A program made the translations under genes and the position numbers. A stretch of DNA of 64,000 bases from Patescibacteria group bacterium (GTDB lineage: Bacteria > Patescibacteriota > Microgenomatia > UBA1400 > PJMF01), in the NCBI GenBank assembly GCA_016861085.1, contig BOKR01000001.1, positions 1,098,040 through 1,162,039 of the forward strand, written 5' to 3'. Under the pieces are notes generated by a model, which searched no databases, was not told the DNA's origin, and saw only the letters and a list, made by a program, of their open reading frames with translations. How positions within the stretch are numbered: the first letter of the stretch is position 1; each line of letters starts with the position of its first letter. This document shows positions 9,201 through 18,998 of this stretch, one piece after another.

Positions 9201-9763
9201 CAAGAATCACTTCAGGAGAAACAGCAGAACACGTGGATACAACTGGAACCGGTGAATGTACTGGGAAACTCACCAGACTTTTTGTACCTGATGTTCATAA
9301 CATATCTGCCTGGAAAAATCCTGGTGATGCTGTCATCGATTGTGAAGACTTATACTCATATGCCGATTGTACATATCCCGAATCCCTCGTTCAAAATCCG
9401 GTTAATAGCCAAGGACAATTCGTAGAATCTGGAAATATAACGGCATGTGAGTTTGTAGTTAATGCGGCCAAAAGCGCTGGAGTTAGTCCAAGACTTGCTT
9501 TAGCAATGTGGGGTGAGGAGTCTGGCTTTAGCCATTATCGAGTCGCAGATTTTGGTGTGATTTCTAAACCAGCCCAAGATTTAGGTGCCCAAGTGAACTC
9601 ATTTATTAACATCTTGAAATCATATTCTTCATACATTGAATTTTTAGAAGCCTATTCTGGTGAAGAACGCGGATCTGGTGATCAGAGTCCAAATCAATTC
9701 TGTAACAATCCTAATTTTGTTGGAAGATTAAAGACATACTACGATTTTCTAGGTCCACAATAG
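6245..9763 (+). CDS. Large (1172 aa) Cys-containing secreted/anchored protein with a C-terminal peptidoglycan glycan-hydrolase-like domain (ESG motif of SLT/GH73 type); candidate PrgK/TraG(pIP501)/VirB1-like cell-wall hydrolase
   Basis: N-terminal signal/anchor LRLLVLQVLFLLVSLAKFA. C-terminus AAKSAGVSPRLALAMWGEESGFSHYRVADFGVISKP resembles the ESG(W/F)...FG motif of PG glycosidases. The ~1000 aa in between are unassigned. Confidence 0.4.
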   Translation: MHKKVLRLLVLQVLFLLVSLAKFATPTHTFASELIGTHLGEGDVGYQVNIINTILIPNGLEPGSPVTVMVPVTMLQSSQQGSVQQLAAVVAGGGFFPIVRINGVCEDFTSETGLDAGQAVDLARNIFGSQALIVWGNEINNKENECRNWSKYVSDWAKISGKSNVSPAALDYYMGLDAYKVSTMFAETPGMAAIFNTAPRAANAYGCIGQTAESCEPLETVTQQIGYEAINGTLFLTEFSLSPGGSAPNAPDTNIQKVLEFIASRAGETPAVKVTPLVRNVCNNESDWLLYINGKLFTPQGTEVSENCEGRSADSSYDLSIYPEYDVDETKFFLSPIRNVIDSGSLQRTTEKLRKELALQGYQAYCATEGVKIEPEYNTQEKINRYFLPENYKGVQILELDAVETLNMTNAQYPLWRDVSNKQFLLTSLEEYFGFRDVYVSNPADAVLNSSPINSLLSEPQLCMQGWRNLVAQELACERLQNPGECELFTRPIPNSAIPYNPGVGPELSQQQQNIAPLPTETEFTVKTLLDKLKEYEPAYRDGTAKVGCEALTTTDRASNEALLQGLMNTPTYFDRAYRYGFLVAAIHAKDPGTDEGNIATKLFNFFTKRTRTLTPDDEVLVAAFKIPDIGTNKGGGDDTGSQFWSDPLDLTRQLLFKNKDNKTHEDVDRPNKRQTILDRAVGAATQNSGSKIYCVDGNKATVSCQNELTKALTDIINGNVEGCGEAEAVNVIKDLAGLDNPAEKYGKAFNSDNGQQVMLNLFFKDLTHPPLGGNGQTNPQIAKTDDPAEKLQSLFTISEDTWPPAVDSTTVDFYIVYPMGFELDAVEKAMKSAFFTKAQLAALETGNTVGGFEMTGQAIGLDAGSVGFNYVDEIKTANGECGTEVATSGAVTNKPCEEEVTIGVKQESAGVGILGAELGYWMRKIQLQLNSRASEAWAYFDSCKTTEEFLLGQCTGGNITGNEGDDAPPVTGDALESVAQCDGGPRITSGETAEHVDTTGTGECTGKLTRLFVPDVHNISAWKNPGDAVIDCEDLYSYADCTYPESLVQNPVNSQGQFVESGNITACEFVVNAAKSAGVSPRLALAMWGEESGFSHYRVADFGVISKPAQDLGAQVNSFINILKSYSSYIEFLEAYSGEERGSGDQSPNQFCNNPNFVGRLKTYYDFLGPQ

Positions 9764-9794
9764 TGTGAAACTCATTCAAACTTTAGATAAAAAT

Positions 9795-10883
9795 TTAGGT
9801 CGAACTTGGTCCAAATCCTGAGGGATTATAGTTCAAGTCTCCTGGTTTAGGAGTATTTGTTTCCTTTTCAGGTGACTGCACGCCCTGTTGAATTTTAGAC
9901 TTATTTTTACTTCCTCTTGGTCTACCTCTTCCCCGTTTTGGTTCACTGGGAATACTCTTTTCTGACAGAATTTGAGGTTGTGGTGATACCGTTTCTTCTA
10001 CAACAAATACTTCGTCATCTTCATTTTGGCTTGATTGATTAAATACTTCTTGCTCAGTTTCATTTTCATTATTTGCAAGCTCATCACTTTGAGCTTCACG
10101 AGCAAATCTTCGTGCTCCGCTCCTGAGTAAGTAAGATACGACTTCAAACGTATCTGCGGTTGCTAAGTATGACTCTAAATTGTCTGTTTCTTCGTCGATA
10201 CCAGCAAGTAGATTAGTGGCAACTTCTTGATCTAGTTGATAGTTTAGTTCCCTTAAAAGTAACGCAACGTATTCACTGACACTCGAACTTCCCAAAATAT
10301 CTAATTTCAAATTTCCAAATGAGGTCTCGTATGAGTTAATACTGACTAAGGCTGTATTTTGGTACAAATTTTCGTACCCAATATACAGTTGATCAAGTGA
10401 TTCTAAATCATCAACTCCAACCAAAATCACCATGTCTGCTTCTGCACCAGTGTAAGAAAAGGTAACATTCTCTCTAGAAAGTGGATTTACACCTTTTTTT
10501 GGCTTAATCGTGAGATACAGTTTTTGAGTTGATTCATCTATTGCAGAGGTAATTTTTTCGACAGTTTCTGGTGTGTAGTCTAATGTTATACACAAGTTCT
10601 TGTTGCCGACCTCAGTTCTAGTTTCATCTAAATAGACGATATCAGGTTCTGCACTTGCTAAACTTTCACTAGATAACAAAGTAATTGACTTATTCCCTAA
10701 TTGTTGGAATGTTTTATATAGTGCGGTTGCAGCAAACAAATGATCACGTAAAGCATCTGGTGCATATATAATTAATACCGACTCTGCTTGAGCGAATAAT
10801 TCTTTAAAAAGGGATACTTTGTGCTGATCAATCATACTATCTTTATAGGTCATATTATATACTATATATGACAAAATATACAC
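9795..10883 (-). CDS. Degenerate DHH/DHHA1 (NrnA-like) family protein with an acidic linker and C-terminal AT-hook (KRGRGRPRGSKNK)
   Basis: IIYAPDALRDHLFAATAL aligns to the NrnA HxxPDGDAxGS region but lacks the catalytic residues. The GRGRPRG AT-hook sits near the C-terminus. Confidence 0.35.
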   Translation of the reverse strand: MYILSYIVYNMTYKDSMIDQHKVSLFKELFAQAESVLIIYAPDALRDHLFAATALYKTFQQLGNKSITLLSSESLASAEPDIVYLDETRTEVGNKNLCITLDYTPETVEKITSAIDESTQKLYLTIKPKKGVNPLSRENVTFSYTGAEADMVILVGVDDLESLDQLYIGYENLYQNTALVSINSYETSFGNLKLDILGSSSVSEYVALLLRELNYQLDQEVATNLLAGIDEETDNLESYLATADTFEVVSYLLRSGARRFAREAQSDELANNENETEQEVFNQSSQNEDDEVFVVEETVSPQPQILSEKSIPSEPKRGRGRPRGSKNKSKIQQGVQSPEKETNTPKPGDLNYNPSGFGPSST

Positions 10884-10995
10884 AGTTTAAAAGATATTTC
10901 AAGACTTACAATGCATTTCTTGCGATCAAAGTAGGTAAAGCGTATTTTACAAGTATATTCAGACTCACAAGTCTTTGTTATAATAGTATTCAAAT

Positions 10996-12633
10996 ATGGC
11001 AAAAAAAGCGCTTGCTATACTGCTGGTTCTCTTTTCATTCTTGGTAGTTACTACCAAAATTTCTTACGCACAAACACCAACACCTACTCCAATTCCTCTT
11101 TATGACGAACCATTCTCACCACAATCAGATGCTGGGCTCGTTAAAAGCTACAGAGCTGCAATTGATGATGACGGGTGTATGACACCCTCATTAGAATGTT
11201 TAGTACATCAAGTTTTTAGGTTTGTTTCATTAGAATTTGTAAACTCAACTTTATACACAGAATTCAAACCAAATATAGAAGAAGAAGCTCAAGGACCTGC
11301 TACAAATAAAAATATATTAGCAAGTGCTGGAACACTCATTGGTCATTTTTATGGATATCCTGTTGCGAATACTCAAACGTATGTTGCAGACCTCATGGAT
11401 TCAGCACATATTACTCCAAGAGCATATGCTCAAGGCCTAGGATTTGCATCTTTAAATCCTATTCTTGAACTTTGGAAAGCATTCAGAAATGTTGCGTACA
11501 TGTTCTTTGTTGTCATCTTTATTATTATTGGTTTTATGATCATGTTTAGACAAAGGATTGGTGGACAGGCAGCAATTACTGCTCAACAAGCAATTCCAAG
11601 TGTTATCGTAAGCTTACTTTTAGTCACGTTTTCTTATGCAATTGCCGGTTTTATGATAGACATGATGTATGTCCTCATGTTCCTCATCATAGGTATTTTT
11701 GGACAAACACTTCCTGATGGAAGTACAAATCTCATTGACATGACAATATTACAAGTAGCTGGAGCACTTTTTAGAGCTACAAATGTTTTGAGTCCAGGAG
11801 AAAATATAGATCTTGTTAGTAACTTATTTGGTAGTCTTCTTGAGGTACCTGCTCTCAATTCAGTCCTTGGAATTGTTGGAGGTCTTACCTTAACCGTAGT
11901 GCTTGCTGTTGCAATCTTGATCGGGACTGTAAGACTCTTTTTTGAATTGCTAAAATCATATGCAAGTATCGTTATTAGTGTTGTCACTTCGCCAATAGTC
12001 TTGATGATGGGAGCTATTCCTGGTAAAAATCCAATTGTCCCCTGGATAAAAGACTTAATCGGAAACCTATTGCCATTTCCTGTCGTTTTGTTAGTTTTAG
12101 TGCTTTTTTATCAATTTAAGGCTGTAGGAAGTGGTGCCGGTAATGAAGGTGGATTTATTCCACCGTTCCTTATTGCCCGAGGGCAAGCAAATGCTATTGC
12201 AAGTTTAATGGGACTAGCCCTAATTCTAGCTTTACCAGAAATTGTTAAAGACGCCAAGAAAGGTCTTGTTAAAGAAGGCTTTGGTTCAATGGTGTTTAAA
12301 GCAGCTGCTGAATCTGCAAAACAAGGTTGGAAAGGTGGCGAAATTATTCCAGGGGCTGCTTGGTCTGCACCTGGGAAGTATGGAGTTTCTGGCAGCTTAG
12401 TTCCAGCAGTTACAGTTGGTGCTCCATTGGGAGCAGCAGGTGGAGCTATTGGTAACGTATTTAGAAGAAGAGTCCTTAGACAACCTATTAAAGAAGGTGC
12501 TCTCGAATCTGCAGGAGTTGGTGCACTCAGAGGTACTTTAAGGACTGGTGGTGCTCTGGGTAATAAGGTTCTGAATAAAGAAGCTCCAAAGAAAATTAGA
12601 GAGTTTGCAACGAAAGTTAGAAAAGGAATATAA
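10996..12633 (+). CDS. Polytopic membrane protein with signal peptide; candidate VirB6/TrbL-like T4SS channel component
   Basis: Signal peptide ...KISYAQ and five or more hydrophobic helices spread over 545 aa. Lies between the T4SS hydrolase and the VirB4 block. Confidence 0.4.
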   Translation: MAKKALAILLVLFSFLVVTTKISYAQTPTPTPIPLYDEPFSPQSDAGLVKSYRAAIDDDGCMTPSLECLVHQVFRFVSLEFVNSTLYTEFKPNIEEEAQGPATNKNILASAGTLIGHFYGYPVANTQTYVADLMDSAHITPRAYAQGLGFASLNPILELWKAFRNVAYMFFVVIFIIIGFMIMFRQRIGGQAAITAQQAIPSVIVSLLLVTFSYAIAGFMIDMMYVLMFLIIGIFGQTLPDGSTNLIDMTILQVAGALFRATNVLSPGENIDLVSNLFGSLLEVPALNSVLGIVGGLTLTVVLAVAILIGTVRLFFELLKSYASIVISVVTSPIVLMMGAIPGKNPIVPWIKDLIGNLLPFPVVLLVLVLFYQFKAVGSGAGNEGGFIPPFLIARGQANAIASLMGLALILALPEIVKDAKKGLVKEGFGSMVFKAAAESAKQGWKGGEIIPGAAWSAPGKYGVSGSLVPAVTVGAPLGAAGGAIGNVFRRRVLRQPIKEGALESAGVGALRGTLRTGGALGNKVLNKEAPKKIREFATKVRKGI

Positions 12634-12689
12634 TTTTAACTCGCAAAATTATATTTTTTAGTAGCCTAAAAATTTGCAGAAACACTATA

Positions 12690-15326
12690 TTAGCTGCTCT
12701 TCGTGCTAGTGTCCTGTTCTTCCCATTTAATTGGTCCTGGGGGAATATCAGATTTTCCTTCTTTCTTTTCTTCGTGTCCTTCAATTTCACCCATAGTATG
12801 TTCTGTTTTTATGAGTAGTTTTCTCAAACTCATTGAAAGACCAGGCTCCATACCTCTTGTTGATTCCTCAACCTTTTGATGCTCTTTTTCATGATGTGAC
12901 GGGTTCATTGGTCGTAATAAATCACCATCACGATCTTGTGGCCTTTGATCAGATCTGGCTTCAGAAAGTAACCAAGTCATATATGCTTTTACTTGAGGTG
13001 GTATGCCACCTCCAGATTGACTTGAATCTTGATCTTGCACTTTCTTTAATGCAAGATTTCTGAATCTCTCAAATTCTGGATTACTCCTTGGTTCTAAATA
13101 TTTAAACATTTTAATTAAAAATAAAAGTGCAAGAACATTCATCATATTGTGATGTGCGCCATCGACAATCTTGGCTTTACCAAGTTCACTTAAGAAAACA
13201 TCGAGCTTCCTTAAGAGTGCTTCTCCATCAATTGGCTTAACAGGTTCTTTTATTATATCCAATGCTTTCATCCAGCCAGAACGAGCTGTTAAATACATAT
13301 TAAAGCCCTTTTCTCGTTTGTCTGATGAATCTCTAAAGTATTTTTTTGCGTATTCTTCAAATTGAGCATCATTAAAAATGATTTTTTGAGCTCTTGCTAA
13401 ATCACCCATCTCTGCAGTTACAATCCTACCGGCCTTTGGTACTGCGTCCTTCATCATTTGACCAACATAGAAATCATAAAGTGTCGGGAATGTAGAGCCT
13501 TTTGGTACAAATTCATAACCGTTCCCGTCTTCTCTTGGTCTAATCGGATGGCTCGCTTTCCCTACTGAGTAGTCTTTTTCCAATGCCTTTGCCAAACATC
13601 TGTGTACATCGCTTTCACTCAAAAAGCCTTCAAACCAAGACCTGATACGCTCAGTTTCTACCTCACCATCTTCGATACGTGCTTTAGCAGCACGCGCTTC
13701 TAAAGACTTTAATGCAGTTCTTAGCTCAGCGTGTTCTCTTTTTTGAACATCTGTTGCATCTTTTGGTAAAGAAGCAACTCTGTTATACAGGTCTAGTACT
13801 CTGGTAGGATTGGTAAGTATCTTTGACCTTTTGATTATTGATCGGATATCATCATTTTTTGCTACTACATCCCCAGTACTGTTAAAGAATGTATTATGAG
13901 CAGCCTTTTCATGCCATTCATTTGGCACATCAACAACGGCTAACAAATAGTGACTCGCCTTAGGCTCGCGGGCATACCTATTCATATCATAACCCACAGT
14001 TACCTGTGGGCTTGCCATCCATGAATAATCCTCTCCCCCGAACCCTTTTGTTACAGCTGCGGCTGTATCATCTAAGAAAAAATGTCCTCGAAGATCAAAC
14101 GCATTTGCCAGTCTAAAAGCATGTGTAGCAATATTATCTATTAAGTGTTTTTCTGCAGCATTCGTTCCCGAGTTTTTAGCCTTGGTAAGCCAACCATTAT
14201 CTTTAACTATTAACTCTATAGCTTCACGGAGATTGGATTCATTGCCATCCATATTCCTAGCTAAAAATTGTCCTGGTCTAACAATAACGGTGCCTTTTTT
14301 TAGCTTTCTACCGCTAGAATCTTCAAGTAATTCTACTGTTTTTCTATCTTTTTCTGGTTTTTTGTTTTCTTCTTCTTGTGCGACTCGCAAATCATCAACC
14401 GGACCGACATTAGTCAAATTATTTTTTAACGTATATCCCACACAATTTTCACCAGCGTCATACATATAGAGTTCGAGCAAAGCTAAAACCCTCATTGCTA
14501 GGTTCCCAAACCTTTTATTTCTCAAGATTTCATGAACGTGTGTTACATCAAACCCGCTTTGTTGAAAACTTTTTTCTAAATATGCTTTGTAATCAATGGT
14601 GAAGCCATTTCCTCCAGACCTAGGGTCAGCTTTATAGAGAACAGTCCAGGTAGTAAGTGCTGTTCTCCAATAACCCTCATACTGTTTAAATTCGGGATGT
14701 ACTTCGACAAGTCTGTTAAATTCACCTCTAACTCTAACATTATTTGCAAACTCAGCTTCGTCTGCAGGTTTAATTTCCGAAATTGCATAATTAATATAAT
14801 CCTCAGGGAGCCATCTATGTCTTTCTTGTGGTCTTTCTTCCCAAGCAGGCTTGACTTCACCAACAGCTGCTGTACCAGCATCGGCTTCTCTAGCAAACCT
14901 TGTTTCTCCTAGATCTCGCAAAGCTTTTTCTAATTTTTCTGAGGTGTTCTTAATTGGGCCAGTAACAAATTCATTATAGAACGTCACAGCTTCGTTATAA
15001 CTAATTCCTGATTTTTTTGAATCTTTAACAGCGAGATCAATTTTACCTAATATCGTTCTTCTATCTTTTATTTGATCACTATATCCACTGAAAACGTGAT
15101 AAAAAATTAGAAGGTTTTGTTTCATTGCCTCGGTGTTGAGTGTTCCAAGCGCAAGCATCTGGTTTGCTAATTCAGAATTTTTCCCAATTCTGATTATTAT
15201 CTCAATGAAAGGCTGCTTTAAATATTCTCCTTCAAATACTTTTAAAAAGTTGTCAACTTGCCAACCTAAATTAGTAACATCGTATCTGTTTAAAACTTGT
15301 TCTTCTTCTTGTCTTCTGCCTGGCAT
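12690..15326 (-). CDS. Large (878 aa) soluble protein of unknown function inside the T4SS locus
   Basis: Long ORF with no TM segment and no motif I recognise. Confidence 0.5.
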   Translation of the reverse strand: MPGRRQEEEQVLNRYDVTNLGWQVDNFLKVFEGEYLKQPFIEIIIRIGKNSELANQMLALGTLNTEAMKQNLLIFYHVFSGYSDQIKDRRTILGKIDLAVKDSKKSGISYNEAVTFYNEFVTGPIKNTSEKLEKALRDLGETRFAREADAGTAAVGEVKPAWEERPQERHRWLPEDYINYAISEIKPADEAEFANNVRVRGEFNRLVEVHPEFKQYEGYWRTALTTWTVLYKADPRSGGNGFTIDYKAYLEKSFQQSGFDVTHVHEILRNKRFGNLAMRVLALLELYMYDAGENCVGYTLKNNLTNVGPVDDLRVAQEEENKKPEKDRKTVELLEDSSGRKLKKGTVIVRPGQFLARNMDGNESNLREAIELIVKDNGWLTKAKNSGTNAAEKHLIDNIATHAFRLANAFDLRGHFFLDDTAAAVTKGFGGEDYSWMASPQVTVGYDMNRYAREPKASHYLLAVVDVPNEWHEKAAHNTFFNSTGDVVAKNDDIRSIIKRSKILTNPTRVLDLYNRVASLPKDATDVQKREHAELRTALKSLEARAAKARIEDGEVETERIRSWFEGFLSESDVHRCLAKALEKDYSVGKASHPIRPREDGNGYEFVPKGSTFPTLYDFYVGQMMKDAVPKAGRIVTAEMGDLARAQKIIFNDAQFEEYAKKYFRDSSDKREKGFNMYLTARSGWMKALDIIKEPVKPIDGEALLRKLDVFLSELGKAKIVDGAHHNMMNVLALLFLIKMFKYLEPRSNPEFERFRNLALKKVQDQDSSQSGGGIPPQVKAYMTWLLSEARSDQRPQDRDGDLLRPMNPSHHEKEHQKVEESTRGMEPGLSMSLRKLLIKTEHTMGEIEGHEEKKEGKSDIPPGPIKWEEQDTSTKSS

Positions 15327-15362
15327 AGATATCTGTTATTTTATCACTAAAACAAAAATAAA

Positions 15363-16622
15363 TTAAGCAGGGATGTTCCAGAGTTTTGCAAGTTTTTCAC
15401 CATCATCTTGTATTTGTTCAATAAAAAACAACATTGATTTGTCATCTAAATAGAATTTTTTATCTTTTTCACCCATTAAAGCAGATCCAAATTCCCTTCT
15501 GAATGCTTGTTTGTTTTTATCGCTCTCACCAGAATCGATAAACAACTCTTTCGTCATTTTAACTAGAAGGTCTTTCAAAGAGCCTTTGTCATCATCTTTT
15601 AAATCTTTAATTTTTTGTAACAATTCTCCATTCGACCCAGCCCATGTTTCATTAATTCTTTTTATTGAAGATTCTAAAGCAGCACCAACAGCACGGGGAT
15701 TGCTAAGCAATTCTCTAAAAAGAGGCAATGGTACGTTTTCATAAGAAACTCCATCAAACTCTGATGTCCCAAAACTCAAGCCGTCTCGCCCTCTTGTACC
15801 CACTGGATCAATTAAAAAAGATAGGAAAGTTTCCACACTACTTCCCTCATTAAGCTTAATTAGTGCATCAATCGATACAGATGTAAAGTTCAAAGCATCT
15901 TCAAGTTGTCTATTAATTTTTTCAGCTTTTTCAGCAGTAACATCAACTCCAATTTTTTCCCTGATTTTATTTTTTGCATCCTCAATACTTTGAGATTTTA
16001 GAGCTTCACCTAATCCTGTATGTGCTACAAAAACCAACTCTTTTTTTTGATGAATTAAATCAATTCTCTGTTGTATTGCCAAAAGGCTATCAATTTTTTC
16101 ATAAAGGTGCTTTATTTCTTCCTTTTGATGCTTACTTTCAAAGAAGTTTAACTGAGTTCCTACAGATTCAATTTTGTCTACAGTTTCAGCATATTGAAAA
16201 TCGAATGTTTGAGCATCTTCAAGAAAAAGCTGAACGTTATCTTTATTTTTTTCCATTTTTTCATATAACGTATTTAAGGAACCTTCTTTTTGTAAAAGAA
16301 AATCTCTTCCTTCATCTATATGCTGTAAAAAAGTTTCTTGTGTTAACTGTGGTATTGAACCTTGTAATTCGTCAGTAAGCTCAGTATCCAGTTCCTCAAG
16401 AGGTCCTTGTCCCCCAGCGCCAGCCTCAGCAGGATCTCCCCCACCTACTTGGCCAGTTGATGCATCAGTCCCAGCTTCAACAGCTTGAGGCTCGTCTCCT
16501 TCTGCGGGTGGTGTGTCAGCCGTTGATATAACCTCAGGTTCTCCAGCCTTTCCGCCTTCACCTTCATCTTTAACTACCAATACTTCATCTTCTGATAATC
16601 CGCCCTGTTCTTGCATATACAT
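15363..16622 (-). CDS. Hypothetical protein (419 aa) with an acidic, disordered N-terminus
   Basis: Long ORF co-oriented with and immediately upstream of the 878-aa gene. The N-terminus is rich in E/D/G/A. Confidence 0.5.
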   Translation of the reverse strand: MYMQEQGGLSEDEVLVVKDEGEGGKAGEPEVISTADTPPAEGDEPQAVEAGTDASTGQVGGGDPAEAGAGGQGPLEELDTELTDELQGSIPQLTQETFLQHIDEGRDFLLQKEGSLNTLYEKMEKNKDNVQLFLEDAQTFDFQYAETVDKIESVGTQLNFFESKHQKEEIKHLYEKIDSLLAIQQRIDLIHQKKELVFVAHTGLGEALKSQSIEDAKNKIREKIGVDVTAEKAEKINRQLEDALNFTSVSIDALIKLNEGSSVETFLSFLIDPVGTRGRDGLSFGTSEFDGVSYENVPLPLFRELLSNPRAVGAALESSIKRINETWAGSNGELLQKIKDLKDDDKGSLKDLLVKMTKELFIDSGESDKNKQAFRREFGSALMGEKDKKFYLDDKSMLFFIEQIQDDGEKLAKLWNIPA

Positions 16623-16826
16623 CTAGTTATACAAAACTCTGTTCGCTTTTTCCATTGCACTTTTTTGATAATTTCTGATATAACTACAACAACCAAAATA
16701 ATTGTGGAATCTAGTGAAATTCTAGAACTGTGCCGCAACGGTAAATTTGGCTGATAATTCCAGATAAGTCCGGTCTTCAATCGTTTTGAGTATTGGGTAA
16801 CCAATACAAGTAATTACCAACGTGCA

Positions 16827-18965
16827 TTGGATATCATGCTATATCAACCAACCGTAGAACATATTCCCAGGTTTTTACCTTTTCAGGGTGAACGCTCGTT
16901 TTGCCCTTCACTACCTGAAAGAATTACTTCTGTTCACAAACAACTTTTGGAACAAAGATTGCTGTTTCAACAGTTAGTTACAGAACAACTTAGAAAAAGA
17001 AAAAACAAAAAAAAAGAAGCACTGCATTCCAAAAACTCTATTTGGGATGCTGTTAAACTAGCACAGAGATTTCAAAAACCAGAATACCATACAAGACAGG
17101 CAAAAATTGATTTATTACGCTTTGATGCAGTTCACCATGCAAAAGAAATGGCACTTGTTGAGCCAGTTACTACATTTAGCTATTGGCATACAGTAGAAAA
17201 CAATCAAACGCTAGGTGACGGATATTTTGAAGACATGGGCCTTATGCTCAATACCTTTACTCAGGATTTAGCCCAAAACGGGTTTAACGCCAATAGAGCA
17301 AGTATAGAGTCTATCACCTTTGAAAGAGCAAAAAATATTTTAACCAAAATCGCTACTACAGGAAAAAAAGATGCCCTCTTAATAACAAGTTTTCCAGATG
17401 ATATTGAATCTGGCTATCACGGAGTTGATTCTAAACATAATTGGGACAAACCAGAAACGCACCATTCTTTTTACTACTTATTACAGGTAGGTGCAATTCA
17501 TAAAGATAAAGGTGGTTCAGTAACACAGTTTGAAATACATACTACTCAGTTCCGGGCTTGGCCAAATGCTCGTCAAGCGATTCAATTTCATGAACAACTT
17601 GGCTCTCCACTTACTCAATTTGACGCTCCAATCCCTAATTTATTATTTGCAAACACGATTCAATTAACTCAAGAAAACTTGGAATCTATCGCTAGCAGCA
17701 TGGGATTAACTGGACAATCAAGTATCGAGTCACTATTTAGAGAAATTTTGAACAGCTCTTCAGAAGAACATAGTATAAACAGCACACATATTCCTAAAGT
17801 GAATCTTTCAGAATTCTGGCAGGTTCAAGAAAATTATTTTAACGATTTTTATCTCACTGTTGCCCTCCCCGTTTTTGAAGAAATTTCTCAATTAGAAAAT
17901 AAAAAAATGGATCAAAAAACACAAAAATATCTTCAAACAAAAATTGATTATTTAGATAAAGCCTTCTTTTACTATTCAAAAATTATTCTTGGGTGGATTA
18001 AGATCCATAATACCAATCCAAATTATCTGGCTACATTTGCAGAAAAAAGTCGCATTCAAAAACTTATGGACTTTCAACAGAAATTACTGTTACAACTTTT
18101 GGGACAAAAACAAACAAATGATATCCCAAGCATTGATGATCTTAAAACAGTACTTGATATTGACCATAGACTAGCAACTCGACAAGCTGTTACAGGTGAA
18201 GAAAAGAAAAAATTATTGAGTATATGGGGATTTTTTTCTTACGTTGGCAATTTTGCGAGCTTATTGCAGTGTGGGGCTATGACGCCTTTTTCTATTCCCC
18301 TTTCAATTATGAATAGCACTCCAACTATGGGAGTATCACTTGCAGAGTTTTCTGGCTCACTGGTATCTATCTCATTGCCAGAAAGACAAAAGTTTTTATC
18401 ACTACTACAAAAAGAAACATATATTGAACTTGACTTAACAAAGCAAACCCCAGCAGCAAAGCGAGTGTATGTTGTACCCAAAAGTTACCTTGATGGTGCA
18501 GGTTGTATTGTAAATGACTCAGGTGAAGTATTAGGACCTTGTGTTGACCCTGTAACAAAACAGAGAATTTCTCTTGATGATCCAAGGGATACATTGGCTT
18601 TTCCAATGACTCTTGCTGAATTTACGCAATATATTAATAAATTGCAACAAAGTATTGAACAAACATCACTAACACAAATAGATTCTATTTTTCAAACAAG
18701 TGATTTTTCACCAATTGAAAAAAGAAAAGCTCAAGCTGTTATAAAAAAAATGAGACAAAAATTGATAAAAAATTCACTTGGTCTGCAAGAATTTATTTCT
18801 GGAAATATAACAAATGATCTCGAGTCAAATAATATATGGCTTCAAGAGTTAATTTTGAAATTGGCGTTTTCTATCAATCCAGTTCAAACCCTTATTGAAG
18901 AGGTTGAGCTTAGATTAAGGGAAAAAGATCCTATTTTGGAAGAGATTTTTGAGCAAAATAGCTAG
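16827..18965 (+). CDS. Hypothetical protein (712 aa), function unknown
   Basis: Long ORF. First gene of a long plus-strand block that runs into virB4. Confidence 0.5.
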   Translation: MDIMLYQPTVEHIPRFLPFQGERSFCPSLPERITSVHKQLLEQRLLFQQLVTEQLRKRKNKKKEALHSKNSIWDAVKLAQRFQKPEYHTRQAKIDLLRFDAVHHAKEMALVEPVTTFSYWHTVENNQTLGDGYFEDMGLMLNTFTQDLAQNGFNANRASIESITFERAKNILTKIATTGKKDALLITSFPDDIESGYHGVDSKHNWDKPETHHSFYYLLQVGAIHKDKGGSVTQFEIHTTQFRAWPNARQAIQFHEQLGSPLTQFDAPIPNLLFANTIQLTQENLESIASSMGLTGQSSIESLFREILNSSSEEHSINSTHIPKVNLSEFWQVQENYFNDFYLTVALPVFEEISQLENKKMDQKTQKYLQTKIDYLDKAFFYYSKIILGWIKIHNTNPNYLATFAEKSRIQKLMDFQQKLLLQLLGQKQTNDIPSIDDLKTVLDIDHRLATRQAVTGEEKKKLLSIWGFFSYVGNFASLLQCGAMTPFSIPLSIMNSTPTMGVSLAEFSGSLVSISLPERQKFLSLLQKETYIELDLTKQTPAAKRVYVVPKSYLDGAGCIVNDSGEVLGPCVDPVTKQRISLDDPRDTLAFPMTLAEFTQYINKLQQSIEQTSLTQIDSIFQTSDFSPIEKRKAQAVIKKMRQKLIKNSLGLQEFISGNITNDLESNNIWLQELILKLAFSINPVQTLIEEVELRLREKDPILEEIFEQNS

Positions 18966-18998
18966 AAATTAGCAGGCAACTCAGGGTATAATTAGTTC

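Noticed and set aside
6382-9425. Internal and antisense ORFs within the 1172-aa gene (6382..6687-, 6705..7022+, 6731..6916-, 7477..7953-, 9132..9425+)
   Set aside because: They are nested in a long uninterrupted ORF with a signal peptide and a C-terminal domain, and show no independent signals.
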